A DNA stretch of 64,000 bases from an uncultured Gammaproteobacteria bacterium (GCA_963748215.1 CAVVHS010000007.1:320001-384000); one strand, 5' to 3'. Shown: positions 18,670 through 28,812, numbered from the stretch's first letter. A program made the numbers and translations. The notes: generated by a model not told the origin, from the sequence alone.

Positions 18670-19638
18670 TCACACGGAGATGACGACTTTTCCTCGCGCG
18701 TGTCCCTGTTCGATGTAGCCGAGAGCCGCAGCTGTCTCGCGCAGCGGGTACGTCCTGTCGATAACCGGCGCCAGTTTGCCTGATTCGACCAGCTCTTTGA
18801 GAACAACCAGGTCCTCGTGATTAGGTATCGAGAGATACCGGCGCAGGTTCTGGCGTACGAACGGTGACAGCATGAGCGGCTTGACCAGGCGGACCAGCAG
18901 TTCGAAGCCCTGCGCCCCTGAACCACTGTTGAGGATGAGTGTCCCGTCGGAGGTGAGTGCGCGCCTGCAGTCCGACAGGGTGCGGTTCTCCACGTTGTCG
19001 AAGACAAGATCGTAACGCTGACCACCCCGAGTAAAATCCTCCCGAGTGTAATCGATGACATGATCGGCGCCGATCGAGCGGACCATGTCCACATTTCCCC
19101 TGCTGCATACGCCGGTCACTTCTGCCCCAAATGACCGGGCAATCTGCACGGCGAACGTTCCCACACCGCCCGATGCCCCATTGATCAGGACCTTCTGTCC
19201 CGGCCGTACTTTTCCCACATCGCGAAGGGCGTGCAGGGCCGCGAGCGCGGAGGTTGGTATGGCAGCAGCTTCTTCAGGTGTGAGGTTTTCGGGTTTGTGT
19301 ACAAGCTCGTCTTCTCCGGCACGCACATACTCGGCACAGGTGCCGGTAGTCGCGCCGAACACCTCATCGCCGGGCCGGAATCGCTTCACATTGTTGCCCG
19401 CTGCCTCGACCCGACCTGCCACGTCGTATCCCGGAATGCCGTGTTTTGGTTTGAGCAGCCCGGTAGCCAGTCGCACGGGGAACGGCGCGCCTCGCACAGT
19501 GAAGCAGTCGCCTGCATGGAGTCCCGCAGCGTGAACGCGTACCAGCACCTGATCATCGTTGATGACCGGTGCGTCGATGTCCCTGAGTTCCAGGACATTA
19601 TCAGGTGCCCCGTACTTGTCTTGAACGATGGCCTTGAT
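18670..19638 (-). CDS. NAD(P)-dependent MDR oxidoreductase (quinone reductase/ADH-like); apparent start codon is ATC
   Basis: (I)KAIVQDKYGAPDNVLEL N-terminus, GYDVAG, LINGASGGVG, GHARGKVV. Confidence 0.85.
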   Translation of the reverse strand: MKAIVQDKYGAPDNVLELRDIDAPVINDDQVLVRVHAAGLHAGDCFTVRGAPFPVRLATGLLKPKHGIPGYDVAGRVEAAGNNVKRFRPGDEVFGATTGTCAEYVRAGEDELVHKPENLTPEEAAAIPTSALAALHALRDVGKVRPGQKVLINGASGGVGTFAVQIARSFGAEVTGVCSRGNVDMVRSIGADHVIDYTREDFTRGGQRYDLVFDNVENRTLSDCRRALTSDGTLILNSGSGAQGFELLVRLVKPLMLSPFVRQNLRRYLSIPNHEDLVVLKELVESGKLAPVIDRTYPLRETAAALGYIEQGHARGKVVISV

Positions 19639-19965
19639 GGTAGCCTCCCGATCCGTTGACCGTTACGGTGGGTCAAACCCCTCCACATTATTCATACACG
19701 CCCTGGCGTGATGACGTACCGGATTCGATGTTGGTGCCTTGAATGAAATCTCCACAGCCCCTGACATGACGACACGAGCACTTGTATAGTTTCACTGTCT
19801 AGCAGAGCATTCTGCACCTTTAGGCAGGGAATATCCTGTTTCTGTTAGTTGCTATCCCTTCGTCGCGCTTTGAGTGCCGATTATTGCTGAGGCCGTTGAG
19901 GGAAATGGGCGGCCAACCGCAGAATTTCGACAAAAAGCATCACGGCGTCCGGATGAGAAGAATGC

Positions 19966-20274
19966 TCAGCGAGTACGCTGGCCACCGTCCGGCAATATCT
20001 GCTGCATCATCCCTGCCGGATTCATTTTTTGAAGCTGCTGGCTTCCCTGGGAGAATGTCTGCCCCAGGCCGCGAATGCTTTGCTCCATGCGCTGCATGGA
20101 CTCATTCATGTTTCTCACACTGTCCTGCATTTCGCTGACATCCTGCGAAATGGCGCCCACGTGTTCGGTCATCTCGCCCATCGATTTACTCATATCGAAC
20201 ATCAGCTTCAGAAATAACAGTGCAATGACTCCTGTGGCGAGTATTAATAGCGTCTGTGTCGGTTTGCTGGTCAT
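19966..20274 (-). CDS. Small membrane-anchored Met-rich coiled-coil hypothetical protein
   Basis: GAGG SD, N-terminal TM, heptad pattern. Confidence 0.65.
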   Translation of the reverse strand: MTSKPTQTLLILATGVIALLFLKLMFDMSKSMGEMTEHVGAISQDVSEMQDSVRNMNESMQRMEQSIRGLGQTFSQGSQQLQKMNPAGMMQQILPDGGQRTR

Positions 20275-20342
20275 GGTATTGTTTGCCTCATTGGCTCAGC
20301 GGGTCTGATGCTATTGATTCGTCGATATTAACGGAGGCAAGC

Positions 20343-20474
20343 ATGTACATACAATTGCAACCACTCGCCGCATTGATCGCGGGCATCCTGATCCTGGCCG
20401 TGCCTCGTTTGCTCAATTATATCGTAGCCATCTATCTCATTCTCGTCGGTGTCATCGGCGTTTTCAAGCTCTGA
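20343..20474 (+). CDS. DUF3096-like small membrane protein (43 aa)
   Basis: GGAGG SD; PLAALIAGILILAVPRLLNYIVAIYLI. Confidence 0.8.
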   Translation: MYIQLQPLAALIAGILILAVPRLLNYIVAIYLILVGVIGVFKL

Positions 20475-20583
20475 AACGCGGCTCAATCGGGACGTCGAAA
20501 AAATCCATACGAGTGGTGGATGTGAGCGGAAGAGTGGTAATGATTATTCCCAGTGCGGCATCATCATGGCATCAGTAAATGGG

Positions 20584-20775
20584 AACTTCCGGATTGGAGC
20601 GCAAATCCGACCTTCAGATGAAGTGATGTATCTGTGCGATCACGGTGTGGGTAACGTCAGACGCCGGCCACAATGCGACATTCCCGTAGCTCCTGTGAAG
20701 GTCAGGAACGCAGCAATAGTTGCCGTTCGCAGAATTCTTGGGTACTTCGTTTACCGATCAATAACGGGCTGTCTT
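20584..20775. repeat. Cluster of ~30-bp imperfect palindromes (island boundary module, variant)
   Basis: Units 20584-20614, 20653-20682, 20698-20727; cggccacaatgcgacattcc (20665-20684) is identical to 25398-25417. Confidence 0.65.
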
Positions 20776-20803
20776 TGGTTTTTACTCTGACCCCAAATCA
20801 TAT

Positions 20804-20828
20804 AAGAAAAGGGGCCGTCAGGCCCCTT
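20804..20828 (-). terminator. Intrinsic terminator downstream of the Gly-rich protein gene
   Basis: aaggggcc-gtca-ggcccctt stem followed by T-rich tract on the minus strand. Confidence 0.6.
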
Positions 20829-20903
20829 ATCCGTTGCAGCTTAGGCGTCAGGGATGCAAAGAAACAGCTACACCCTGAAGCCTTTGGCCGGAATGGCTTA
20901 TCG

Positions 20904-21440
20904 TTACTGATAACTACCCGGCGGCGCAGCCCAGGGCTGCATTGGTGCCGGCTTGTTGGCCTCCTCGAGTTTCCTGATACGCGCCTTCAAACGTTGAATC
21001 TCAGCGGCACTCCCTGCGTCTGCCGGTGCACCCGCACCGGGCGCTCCGACATGGCCGGGACCACCACCATAGCCGGGACCACCACCATAACCGGGCCCAC
21101 CACCATAGCCGGGACCACCACCATAGCCGGGCCCACCACCATAGCCGGGACCACCACCATAGCCGGGCCCACCACCATAGCCGGGCCCACCACCATAGCC
21201 GGGACCACCACCATAGCCGGGGCCACCACCATAACCGGGCCCACCACCATAGCCGGGGCCACCACCATAACCGTAGCCTTGCCCCCTGTCATAATCATCG
21301 TCACGGTCTTTATCTTTATTACCACCCATCCACTTGGATGGATTCATCATATTACCCATATCCAATGCACAGGCCGGGTTGGCAAACAGCACGCTGACCG
21401 CCATAAAAATTATACTGATTGTTATTTGCTTGTTTTGCAC
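20904..21440 (-). CDS. Secreted Gly/Tyr/Pro-rich repeat protein, (YGGGPG)12
   Basis: Signal peptide, GAGG SD, repeats, C-terminal short coiled coil. Confidence 0.85.
   Translation of the reverse strand: MQNKQITISIIFMAVSVLFANPACALDMGNMMNPSKWMGGNKDKDRDDDYDRGQGYGYGGGPGYGGGPGYGGGPGYGGGPGYGGGPGYGGGPGYGGGPGYGGGPGYGGGPGYGGGPGYGGGPGYGGGPGHVGAPGAGAPADAGSAAEIQRLKARIRKLEEANKPAPMQPWAAPPGSYQ
21054..21269. repeat. Coding tandem repeat, 12 x 18 bp
   Basis: Unit (g/a)ccgggNccaccaccata; variation only at synonymous positions of the minus-strand frame. Confidence 0.95.
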
Positions 21441-21611
21441 CGTCTATTCCTCGCGTATTATTAATGTAATCGTCAGCGGACAAACGATGCTGCCCGCCTG
21501 CCTCTCGACTACCCTTATCCCACTAGCCGGTCATGGGGTCAAATAAAAGTACATAAATGGGTTCTTATGCGAGGGATAAGCTCAAGACAGGTAGGTATAC
21601 AGCCTAATGTG

Positions 21612-21747
21612 AAGGTCTGGAAAGGGGCGGCTCCCGGTCACCTGACTAATTTACTCAGGAATTTCTCCGGGAACTTCCGAATCCGGCCAACAAGAGACCT
21701 TCTCGGTTACCGGCCTGAACGGAAAGTTCATAGACAACTGAGACGTT
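21612..21747. repeat. Island boundary module
   Basis: Left unit aaggtctggaaaggggcggctcccggtcacc, core taatttactcagg (shared with 25463), right unit 21672-21701, extra unit 21718-21747. Confidence 0.7.
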
Positions 21748-22105
21748 CGAACTGATTTTATTAAGAAAGCCCGTTTTCAGGACATTCCCTTGCCATTCGA
21801 ACTCTACATCAGCATTTGGTGATTAGATGATGTATAGCTTTCAGTCATAGTATTCGCATACAGCCTCTCTCCATTTGCTTCTATAGAGATCCAGGCCGGT
21901 GCATGTTGGACAACACGAACAGCCGGTTATGGAAAATCCATTATTAATCGAGACATCCCTTGCTGATGACGACATTCTAGCGATTGATGGCATTGCTTAT
22001 CAGGCAAGCGGAGTCGTGGAACGGCAACGACGATTTCCGAATCCCTGGTACACTGCGATCGGGACTGCGTTTCGTATAAATCATAGTCTGTGCTCGAATC
22101 ACAAA

Positions 22106-23470
22106 ATGTGGTCTGTTCGCCCATCAGCATTCCTTCTGCCGCTGGTACTCCTGCTCTGGCTGAACGGCGCCGGCGCACAACCCTTTGCAGGCATCCAACA
22201 ACCCGAATCGCCGGTTTCATTTATTGATATACCGCTGCGGCTGTCTCTCGAGCCCCTCATCAATGCGGCTGACAGGATGCTCCCGTACCAGGCTGGCAAC
22301 TGGCGCGCATGGAAGGACTGGCACGGTATAGATTCACAATACCGTGGCTGGCGCGGGCCGCTCAGCATTACTGCCTCAGGCAATGTGCTATTAGTACAGG
22401 CGCATATCCGTTACTGGATCAGGGCACAAAAAAAATTGCTTGGTGCAGTCACCCTGAAAGCCAGCTGCGGCATCGATGAAGCGCCACGACAGGCAGTAAT
22501 CGGCATGCAGGTGCTGCTGGAGTGGGGACCGGACTGGACCTTGAGACCGAGGTTTCGCATTCTGCCGACCCGGTTTCTCGACCGCTGCGAAATGACCATC
22601 GCGAATATCGATGTTACGCCCGTCGTCGAGACTGAATTCCGCAAGCAAATGCAGGAAAGCCTGCGTGCGGCACTCAAGTCGCTGGCTCCCGACGTGAATG
22701 CAATCCAGCGTCAGGCTCAGCAAACCTGGTCGTTATTGCAGGAACCGGTGGAACTCGGACAGGACAACTGGTTATTGCTCAGGCCGGCGAGTGTCGCACT
22801 GTCTCGCATAGACGGTGGGGAGAAATACCTCGACGCACATCTTGCACTGACATTGCAGCCGGCGCTGGTGACCGGAGCTGAACCCGCCGGTAAACCGGTG
22901 CCGCTGCCACCATTAGGACAGTATTATCCCCGGTCCGGCGAGTTAAATCTGCACCTGATTTTGAACCTGGATTTCCCCACACTCAATCAGCGGCTTTCCG
23001 ACACCCTGGCCGGCAAATCATTTGTCATCAAAGGTCAGAAGACCGGCATCAAAAAGCTCGACCTGGGGGGTAGCGGACAGGAAATCAGAGCCCGGATGGA
23101 ACTCGCCGGCGACCTGACCGGTACGGCGGAACTGCGTGCGAGGGTGGCCTATGATGCGCAACACCAGAAGCTTGAATTACAGGACCTGACGTTTGAGTAT
23201 GACGCGGAAGATTCCACCGTGGAGATGTTAGCGGAGGCGTTCCATGAACCCATCCGTCAGGCACTGGAAGACGCGGCTAACCAGGCATTGGCACAGCACC
23301 TCGATCTGCTCGGCGAGCGCCTTGGGACGGTTCTGAAGAAAATCATGCCAGCGGGTGTAGTGCTGGACCTGTCTGCCTTGCAGCTAAGCAGCGTGCAAAT
23401 TCTTATCGAACAACAGGGTATCAGGCTGGATGGAACCGCCACCGGGAGCGCCCGCCTGGTGTTACGCTGA
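22106..23470 (+). CDS. DUF4403-like exported protein
   Basis: Signal peptide, WRGPL, WLLLRP, elongated beta-rich pattern; start at ATG 22106 inferred. Confidence 0.7.
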   Translation: MWSVRPSAFLLPLVLLLWLNGAGAQPFAGIQQPESPVSFIDIPLRLSLEPLINAADRMLPYQAGNWRAWKDWHGIDSQYRGWRGPLSITASGNVLLVQAHIRYWIRAQKKLLGAVTLKASCGIDEAPRQAVIGMQVLLEWGPDWTLRPRFRILPTRFLDRCEMTIANIDVTPVVETEFRKQMQESLRAALKSLAPDVNAIQRQAQQTWSLLQEPVELGQDNWLLLRPASVALSRIDGGEKYLDAHLALTLQPALVTGAEPAGKPVPLPPLGQYYPRSGELNLHLILNLDFPTLNQRLSDTLAGKSFVIKGQKTGIKKLDLGGSGQEIRARMELAGDLTGTAELRARVAYDAQHQKLELQDLTFEYDAEDSTVEMLAEAFHEPIRQALEDAANQALAQHLDLLGERLGTVLKKIMPAGVVLDLSALQLSSVQILIEQQGIRLDGTATGSARLVLR

Positions 23471-23580
23471 CCGCTTAGCACCAAGACCACGGCCGCGGCC
23501 TGCCCGCACTGTACGTGGACAGCGTGCTCCTAGGCTGTAATCGAAGGTCTTCTTACGCTGCCTTTCGTGCCATCTGATCG

Positions 23581-23668
23581 AATGTCTACAACGGGTCGGC
23601 TCTCATCGATTAGAGAAATCTTTTATAAGCGTCTCGTGTAGGGATGGGCTCGGCCAGAACTTGCCGTT
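23581..23668. repeat. Island boundary module (88 bp)
   Basis: 30 + 28 + 30 bp; core gaaatcttttataagcgtctcgtg nearly matches 28759-28782. Confidence 0.75.
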
Positions 23669-23873
23669 CGTGCAAACAAAAACGGCGTCCAGCGAATAAA
23701 AGAAGGCCGCCGGATGAATGCAAGTCTGTAAAGCCGCTTTCCTTCTTGCTATCCCGACCAGACCCTGCAGGCCAGTGCCTGAGAGGTACAGTCTGCGACC
23801 TGGCACTGCCTGGGGAGGTTGCCGTAGAGCGTCTCTGCGATATACTCGACATCATCTTATCGAGGGAGTAGGT

Positions 23874-24455
23874 ATGAAGATAATCAGAATGATAGTCTTG
23901 CTGACGCTACTGGCTGCACAGGGGCTGGCGTGGAGTGGCTTTGATGAGGGGCTTGCGGCAGCCAAAGCTGGAGACTATGCAACGGCGTTACGTGAATGGA
24001 GACCATTGGCTGAACAGGGTAATTCCAGAACGCAATATCATCTCGGGATCATGTATGAAAATGGTCAGGGTGTTCCGCAGGACGACAAAGAAGCGGTGAC
24101 TTGGTACCGCAAGGCGGCTGAACAGGGTCATGCCGGTGCGCAATATAATCTCGCACTCATGTGCCGCAAAGGCCAAGGTGTCCCGCAGGACGACGAAGAA
24201 GCGGTGAACTGGTACCAAAAGGCGGCTGAACAGGGGTATTATATGGCGCAAAACAACCTCGGCCTCATGTATGGCAGTGGTCTGGGCGTCCCGCAGGACT
24301 ATGTCCAAGCCTATAAGTGGTTCAACATTGCAGGCGCAAACGGTGATGAAACAGGAACAAAGAACCGAGATAGCGTTGCTGAAAAAATGACCCCCGCACA
24401 GATCGCAGAAGCGCAGAAACTCGCCAAGGAATGGATGGAGAAACATCAGCAATAG
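23874..24455 (+). CDS. Sel1-repeat (TPR-like) exported protein
   Basis: Signal peptide; repeated AEQG..AQY.LG.MY..GQGVPQD..EAV.WY. Confidence 0.92.
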   Translation: MKIIRMIVLLTLLAAQGLAWSGFDEGLAAAKAGDYATALREWRPLAEQGNSRTQYHLGIMYENGQGVPQDDKEAVTWYRKAAEQGHAGAQYNLALMCRKGQGVPQDDEEAVNWYQKAAEQGYYMAQNNLGLMYGSGLGVPQDYVQAYKWFNIAGANGDETGTKNRDSVAEKMTPAQIAEAQKLAKEWMEKHQQ

Positions 24456-24560
24456 CTGATTGCCACTGTCGGCATTGTCCTACAAACCCACAACAAATCC
24501 AGATGGGACCTGTATGGCTCGTTAGTTCCATTAAGTGACCATTCATATAGGAGTCGGCTA

Positions 24561-24647
24561 AACGTCCGAGAAGGGTCGTCTCCCGCTGTTTAGAGGTTAC
24601 TTATATAGTAATTGTCCCTGCGTCTCAGTACGGCCAGACTGGACATA
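24561..24647. repeat. Island boundary module
   Basis: aacgtccgagaagggtcgtctcccgctgtt + 28-bp core + tgcgtctcagtacggccagactggacata. Confidence 0.7.
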
Positions 24648-24806
24648 GACTATAGGCAAAAAACACCGCTGATGCGGGTTCATGTAGATCCTTGTTCAGC
24701 CAGGAACAGCCGTCCAGAGTTTTCGCGAAATTGCCATGCGTTTCGGCTTTGGAAGAAAAGTGATGGTGTTTATATGTGCGTTTCACAATCGGCCTTGTAG
24801 TTGCTG

Positions 24807-25028
24807 TCAACGCGAGACTCCGCGCCAAATGAAAAGGCTTCCAATGACAACAAGTGCGATCATTCCTATCCAGTAAGCTTCTGGCGCGGTTTCCGGACAA
24901 ACGGGGTAACCACCAGTGCGCGAGGTTGCTGGGAAACAGCCAGTCACAAATCCGTAGGCAGCAAATCCAAGTGAAAGACAGCCCGCAACGAACATTTTAG
25001 GTCCCGAGTTGCCCCACCAATTAAACAT
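24807..25028 (-). CDS. Small two-TM hypothetical protein
   Basis: 73-aa ORF, two hydrophobic segments around a Cys-containing loop; bounded by boundary modules. Confidence 0.55.
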   Translation of the reverse strand: MFNWWGNSGPKMFVAGCLSLGFAAYGFVTGCFPATSRTGGYPVCPETAPEAYWIGMIALVVIGSLFIWRGVSR

Positions 25029-25236
25029 AACCTACTCAAGCGATAAAGTGCCGACACTATATAAGTCCCGGGTCGTAATCCAACTTCGACGGAAAGTCGG
25101 AAAGCCGAGATAGCATGCCAGGGATATCGTCGGCTCCGATAGATATTCCTTTATTACTATATTGATAGTATGACTGTGAAAGTATGGAGGTCACGTAAGG
25201 GTCGATCCCGGAAGTACAGCCTGTAGGTCGCAATTC

Positions 25237-25402
25237 GGCCTGTTGTCTTGAAAAACTCCAATGACCTGCTGACGTCATTATGTTCATTTAGAAATCGTGC
25301 ATGAGGGCTTCCTGAAATCCGTAATATTTTGCAACATGACAAAGCATCTCACTCTCGTGCGCGGTCGATTTCTAGTAGCAGGGTTTTTCAACACTATCGG
25401 CC
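25237..25402. mobile_element. MITE-like element, family B (166 bp including duplicated GGCC)
   Basis: Imperfect TIRs ggcctgttgtcttgaaaaactc / gggtttttcaacactatcggcc; removal restores a 30-bp palindrome unit. Confidence 0.7.
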
Positions 25403-25430
25403 ACAATGCGACATTCCAGGTGTTCACGTG

Positions 25431-25517
25431 AAGGTCTCAGTAGCAGTGCCAGTTCATTCGAGTAATTTACTCAGGTATTCCCCATGTTACTTCCGAGTGC
25501 GGCGAGAACCGGACGTT
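25431..25517. repeat. Island boundary module
   Basis: Core taatttactcaggtattcccc matches 21647; right unit tacttccgagtgcggcgagaaccggacgtt. Confidence 0.7.
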
Positions 25518-25639
25518 CCCTGGATGCAGAAAACCCTGCTAGTGCGGGTCTCCTGGGTGGCAACTTTAGGCCAGCAACAGGCGCTGTGCCGCCGAATATT
25601 CTTTACGCTATTTCGTGATTGTCTGGTGATGCCAGAGTG

Positions 25640-26494
25640 CTAATGCTTGCCAAATAAAATGGCTTTTAGATGTGCAAATATTCCAGGTCTGGCAACATCG
25701 TCAACAATATACAGTCGATCACCGAATTGTAAATCGTCGAGACGTTTACTCAGTTGCGCCGTCTCCTGTGAGAGTCGCTCCACCAGCAAAAATATTTCAT
25801 TGTCAGATTCTTTGTTTCCAGAGATATTCTCGCTTGTTGCTGTTATTGACCCGTCAAGGTTATGGCCAGCCGCTTCCGGACGCCTTCCTGTTTCTCTCGA
25901 CATTGCTTTCACTGCTACTTGCATCTGTGTTGTTGTTTCAGTCAGTTCATTACTGAGAGTTGCGACATCAGCCCTGAAGTCAGTTGCTCTGTGCAATATT
26001 TGTCTTATTGCACTGTCTTTGGCTTCAAGATAGCAGTGAATTACCAGGTCCATATCCAGGAAGACCACTTTGCTTAAGGCTTCCAGAAGCCGGGCAATCG
26101 ATTTCTTATCCCCCGTATGATTCTCGGTAATTAGTTCGATAATCTGACCAAACATCTGACAGTATCCACCGATATACCAGTTGATGGTTAGCCCAACTTG
26201 TGCATGCGCACGTCCGATCTGTTGCGCCCTTTCAAAGAATGCATTGTCGTATTCACCATTGAATAATGAGTTCAACCAATGATATTTTTGCCCTGCGCGG
26301 GCGCGTGCGATTGCATCACCATCAACAAAAAGTTTCTTAAGTTCAGGCTGTCTGAGCAGGTGATCGTAAAATCGATCTAGCATTCCGTCCATTGCTGGCT
26401 CGATGAATATTCTGGCGGCCTGAATTTCGCGAGTTGTTTCTGTATCAATTTTCAGAAATTTGAGGCGCTCCTCGATCATTTGTGTATGTGGCAT
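25640..26494 (-). CDS. Protoglobin/globin-sensor domain protein with C-terminal helical region
   Basis: RLKFL, FYDHL, IGRAHAQVGL..WYIGGY, KVVFLDMDLVI; GGAGG SD before ATG 26494. Confidence 0.85.
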   Translation of the reverse strand: MPHTQMIEERLKFLKIDTETTREIQAARIFIEPAMDGMLDRFYDHLLRQPELKKLFVDGDAIARARAGQKYHWLNSLFNGEYDNAFFERAQQIGRAHAQVGLTINWYIGGYCQMFGQIIELITENHTGDKKSIARLLEALSKVVFLDMDLVIHCYLEAKDSAIRQILHRATDFRADVATLSNELTETTTQMQVAVKAMSRETGRRPEAAGHNLDGSITATSENISGNKESDNEIFLLVERLSQETAQLSKRLDDLQFGDRLYIVDDVARPGIFAHLKAILFGKH

Positions 26495-27621
26495 ATTCCA
26501 CCTCCAAGACATGTGTTATTCGAGCCGAATATTGAATCTCGGATATACCTCGGTATCCGGCTAATTGGTGAGCCAGGTCACAGCAGCATTCGCCATGTGT
26601 TCGTGACTTGTTCTGTTATAATGTTGTTGCATTTCTTTCAGTTCAATTCTGTGCCTATGTTCTCGGCGCGAGACATGCAGAAAGCATAACCCACTTATCT
26701 CGAAATAATCCATCCACAGAACTACCTGCGCGCGCAGGTTAATGCGGCCGCATCGGCATATCCACTGAATACGCACTCGTAGATCGCCAGCGCTTGCTTA
26801 TGGTTCCTCAATGGCATCCCACCAGCAGGCTGCAGACTCACCTGTTGATTGACGTCCAGAATAAATTCCTCAGAATTCGTTGTACATCTCCAGGTGTCAT
26901 GCAATTTTGTATATCAGGTAGCGATTGTGTCACAAGCGAATTCAACGAGTCATGATGTGGCATTTCGCGTTTGTATTCTGTATTGACTGCCACGCTGTCC
27001 GATCGAACAGAATACATCAGTAAAATATTCTATGCTGTGCATATACATAGCCCTTTCTCTATTTCCCAGACATTTCCCCTGGTACTTCCGAACCCGGTCA
27101 ATACATGTTATTCGCCAGATTTCCATGGACATCATGTTGATACTGGTTGTGGGCATGCGTGAGATCCATGTCTAGAACCTATATCAAATAGGCCAATGCA
27201 TCTCCTTATCGGTAATTATCTTCGCACTTGCATGGCGTGCATGTCCGCCAGTAAATCAGCAACACATGCGGCGAAGTGTTCACTGAATACTGTTGTCGCA
27301 GATCAACTACATTGCATCGTACATCAGAACGCAGAATTTCCTGGTTCAATCCAGCACACTAGCTTCAAAAGTGGCAACCGATCAAATAACCATTGATCAC
27401 AGCGTCGTAAATCAGAGACAACGTATCGTACGTCGGTACACATAACCACCTGATTTAATTTGACACATCGAACTGGTGCGTAACTTGCAGCTAGTCGTGC
27501 GTCTGCGAAAATGAGCAAACATGGCGATCACAGGAAAGCACCCACACTGAGCATTAGTACGCATTATTTGCGCCGATACTACATATAGGAGATTTTGAAG
27601 TTAAAGTTAGTTTTCTAAATT

Positions 27622-28542
27622 ATGGAATGGATCAAACAAAAATTGGAGGAGACGCGTAAACGACGGGAGCTGGTGCAGCAAGTCCATGCTGCCTTATCTG
27701 CAGATATGCTGTATCCACCACAGCGCGCCTTCGGCGCTGGGACATATCGGCTGCTCCCCCTGAAGGGCAGCATGTGGCGTATATCAGAAATAGCCATGGT
27801 GATCGCATCGGTCATAATTGCCTGGTTGATCGGAACGGGCCAGGGGCCGGTGGTATGGTTACACAATCTTGACCTGCTTGAATCCAATCAAGTCAGCTCA
27901 GCCGAAAGCCCGGCCGATGAACAGCTGCAGACGCATGTCACCGGCCTAACTGAACGCGTGGACAAGCTGACTGATTTGATTCTAAATCTGGAGTCTGGGC
28001 TGATACATGCCCGCGGTATCACGGATTCAATTATCGATTCTGAACAGAAAATTGCGTCCTCGACTACTCCAGAGCCGTCGACAACTGGCGAGGTAGTGCA
28101 AATCCTTGAGACATTGCCGTCCTCAGCCGCTGGCAAAACACGCAGAGGGATGAGCATTGAAAAAATGCCCCGGCAAACCCCAGCCTGGAGAACAACCAGG
28201 CCCAAAAACACAACTGGTATCCCCGCTATCACCGTCAGTAAGACCGCGATAGAGGGACAGAAGAATTCGGTTATTGGTATACAACCCGCGGTCAGCGTGG
28301 CTCAACAGGGCCCATGGGTCGTCAATCTTGCTTCTTTACCGAGTAAGACCGATGCCGAACGATTCGCGGAAAATGTCCGGATCATGGATATCGAAACGGA
28401 ACAGCAACACGTCACCGTGAAAGGCAAACAATACTGGCGTGTGCAGATAACCGGCTTCTCAACAGCGGCGGAGGCCAAGGCTACTGCCGGAACCACTATG
28501 GAAAAGCTGGGACTTAAGGAAATCTGGATAACGAAGCACTGA
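27622..28542 (+). CDS. Membrane-anchored SPOR-domain protein
   Basis: TM, coiled coil, low-complexity linker, C-terminal WVVNLAS...YWRVQITGF...EA SPOR. Confidence 0.75.
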   Translation: MEWIKQKLEETRKRRELVQQVHAALSADMLYPPQRAFGAGTYRLLPLKGSMWRISEIAMVIASVIIAWLIGTGQGPVVWLHNLDLLESNQVSSAESPADEQLQTHVTGLTERVDKLTDLILNLESGLIHARGITDSIIDSEQKIASSTTPEPSTTGEVVQILETLPSSAAGKTRRGMSIEKMPRQTPAWRTTRPKNTTGIPAITVSKTAIEGQKNSVIGIQPAVSVAQQGPWVVNLASLPSKTDAERFAENVRIMDIETEQQHVTVKGKQYWRVQITGFSTAAEAKATAGTTMEKLGLKEIWITKH

Positions 28543-28684
28543 GTGTTCAGGGGACGCAGAAATATCTGATTCCTGACCTGTCGTTCCGAGCAAGTGCCGT
28601 TGTACAACTACTCCAGCTGATATCTGATAGTTGACCGGGTATGCCCGCTTCTCACCGGCTTCTTCCATTTTGTGGTTTTGTCTA

Positions 28685-28812
28685 TACGTCGTCTACGGGT
28701 CAGTCTTTCCCGTTAAAGCGACTAAAGGTTCGACTGGGTTCGTCTCCCGTCCTTTGCCGAAATCTTATATTGGCGTCTCGTGTAGGACAGGGATCGGACA
28801 ATAGTTGACGTT
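28685..28812. repeat. Island boundary module plus upstream extra unit
   Basis: Units 28685-28714, 28725-28754, 28783-28812; 28-bp core. Confidence 0.75.

Noticed and set aside
21026-21397. His-rich ORF (RDHHHS)n and Val/Met-rich ORF 20987-21325
   Set aside because: Alternative frames of the 18-bp repeat; nucleotide variation is synonymous only in the YGGGPG frame, which also has a signal peptide and SD
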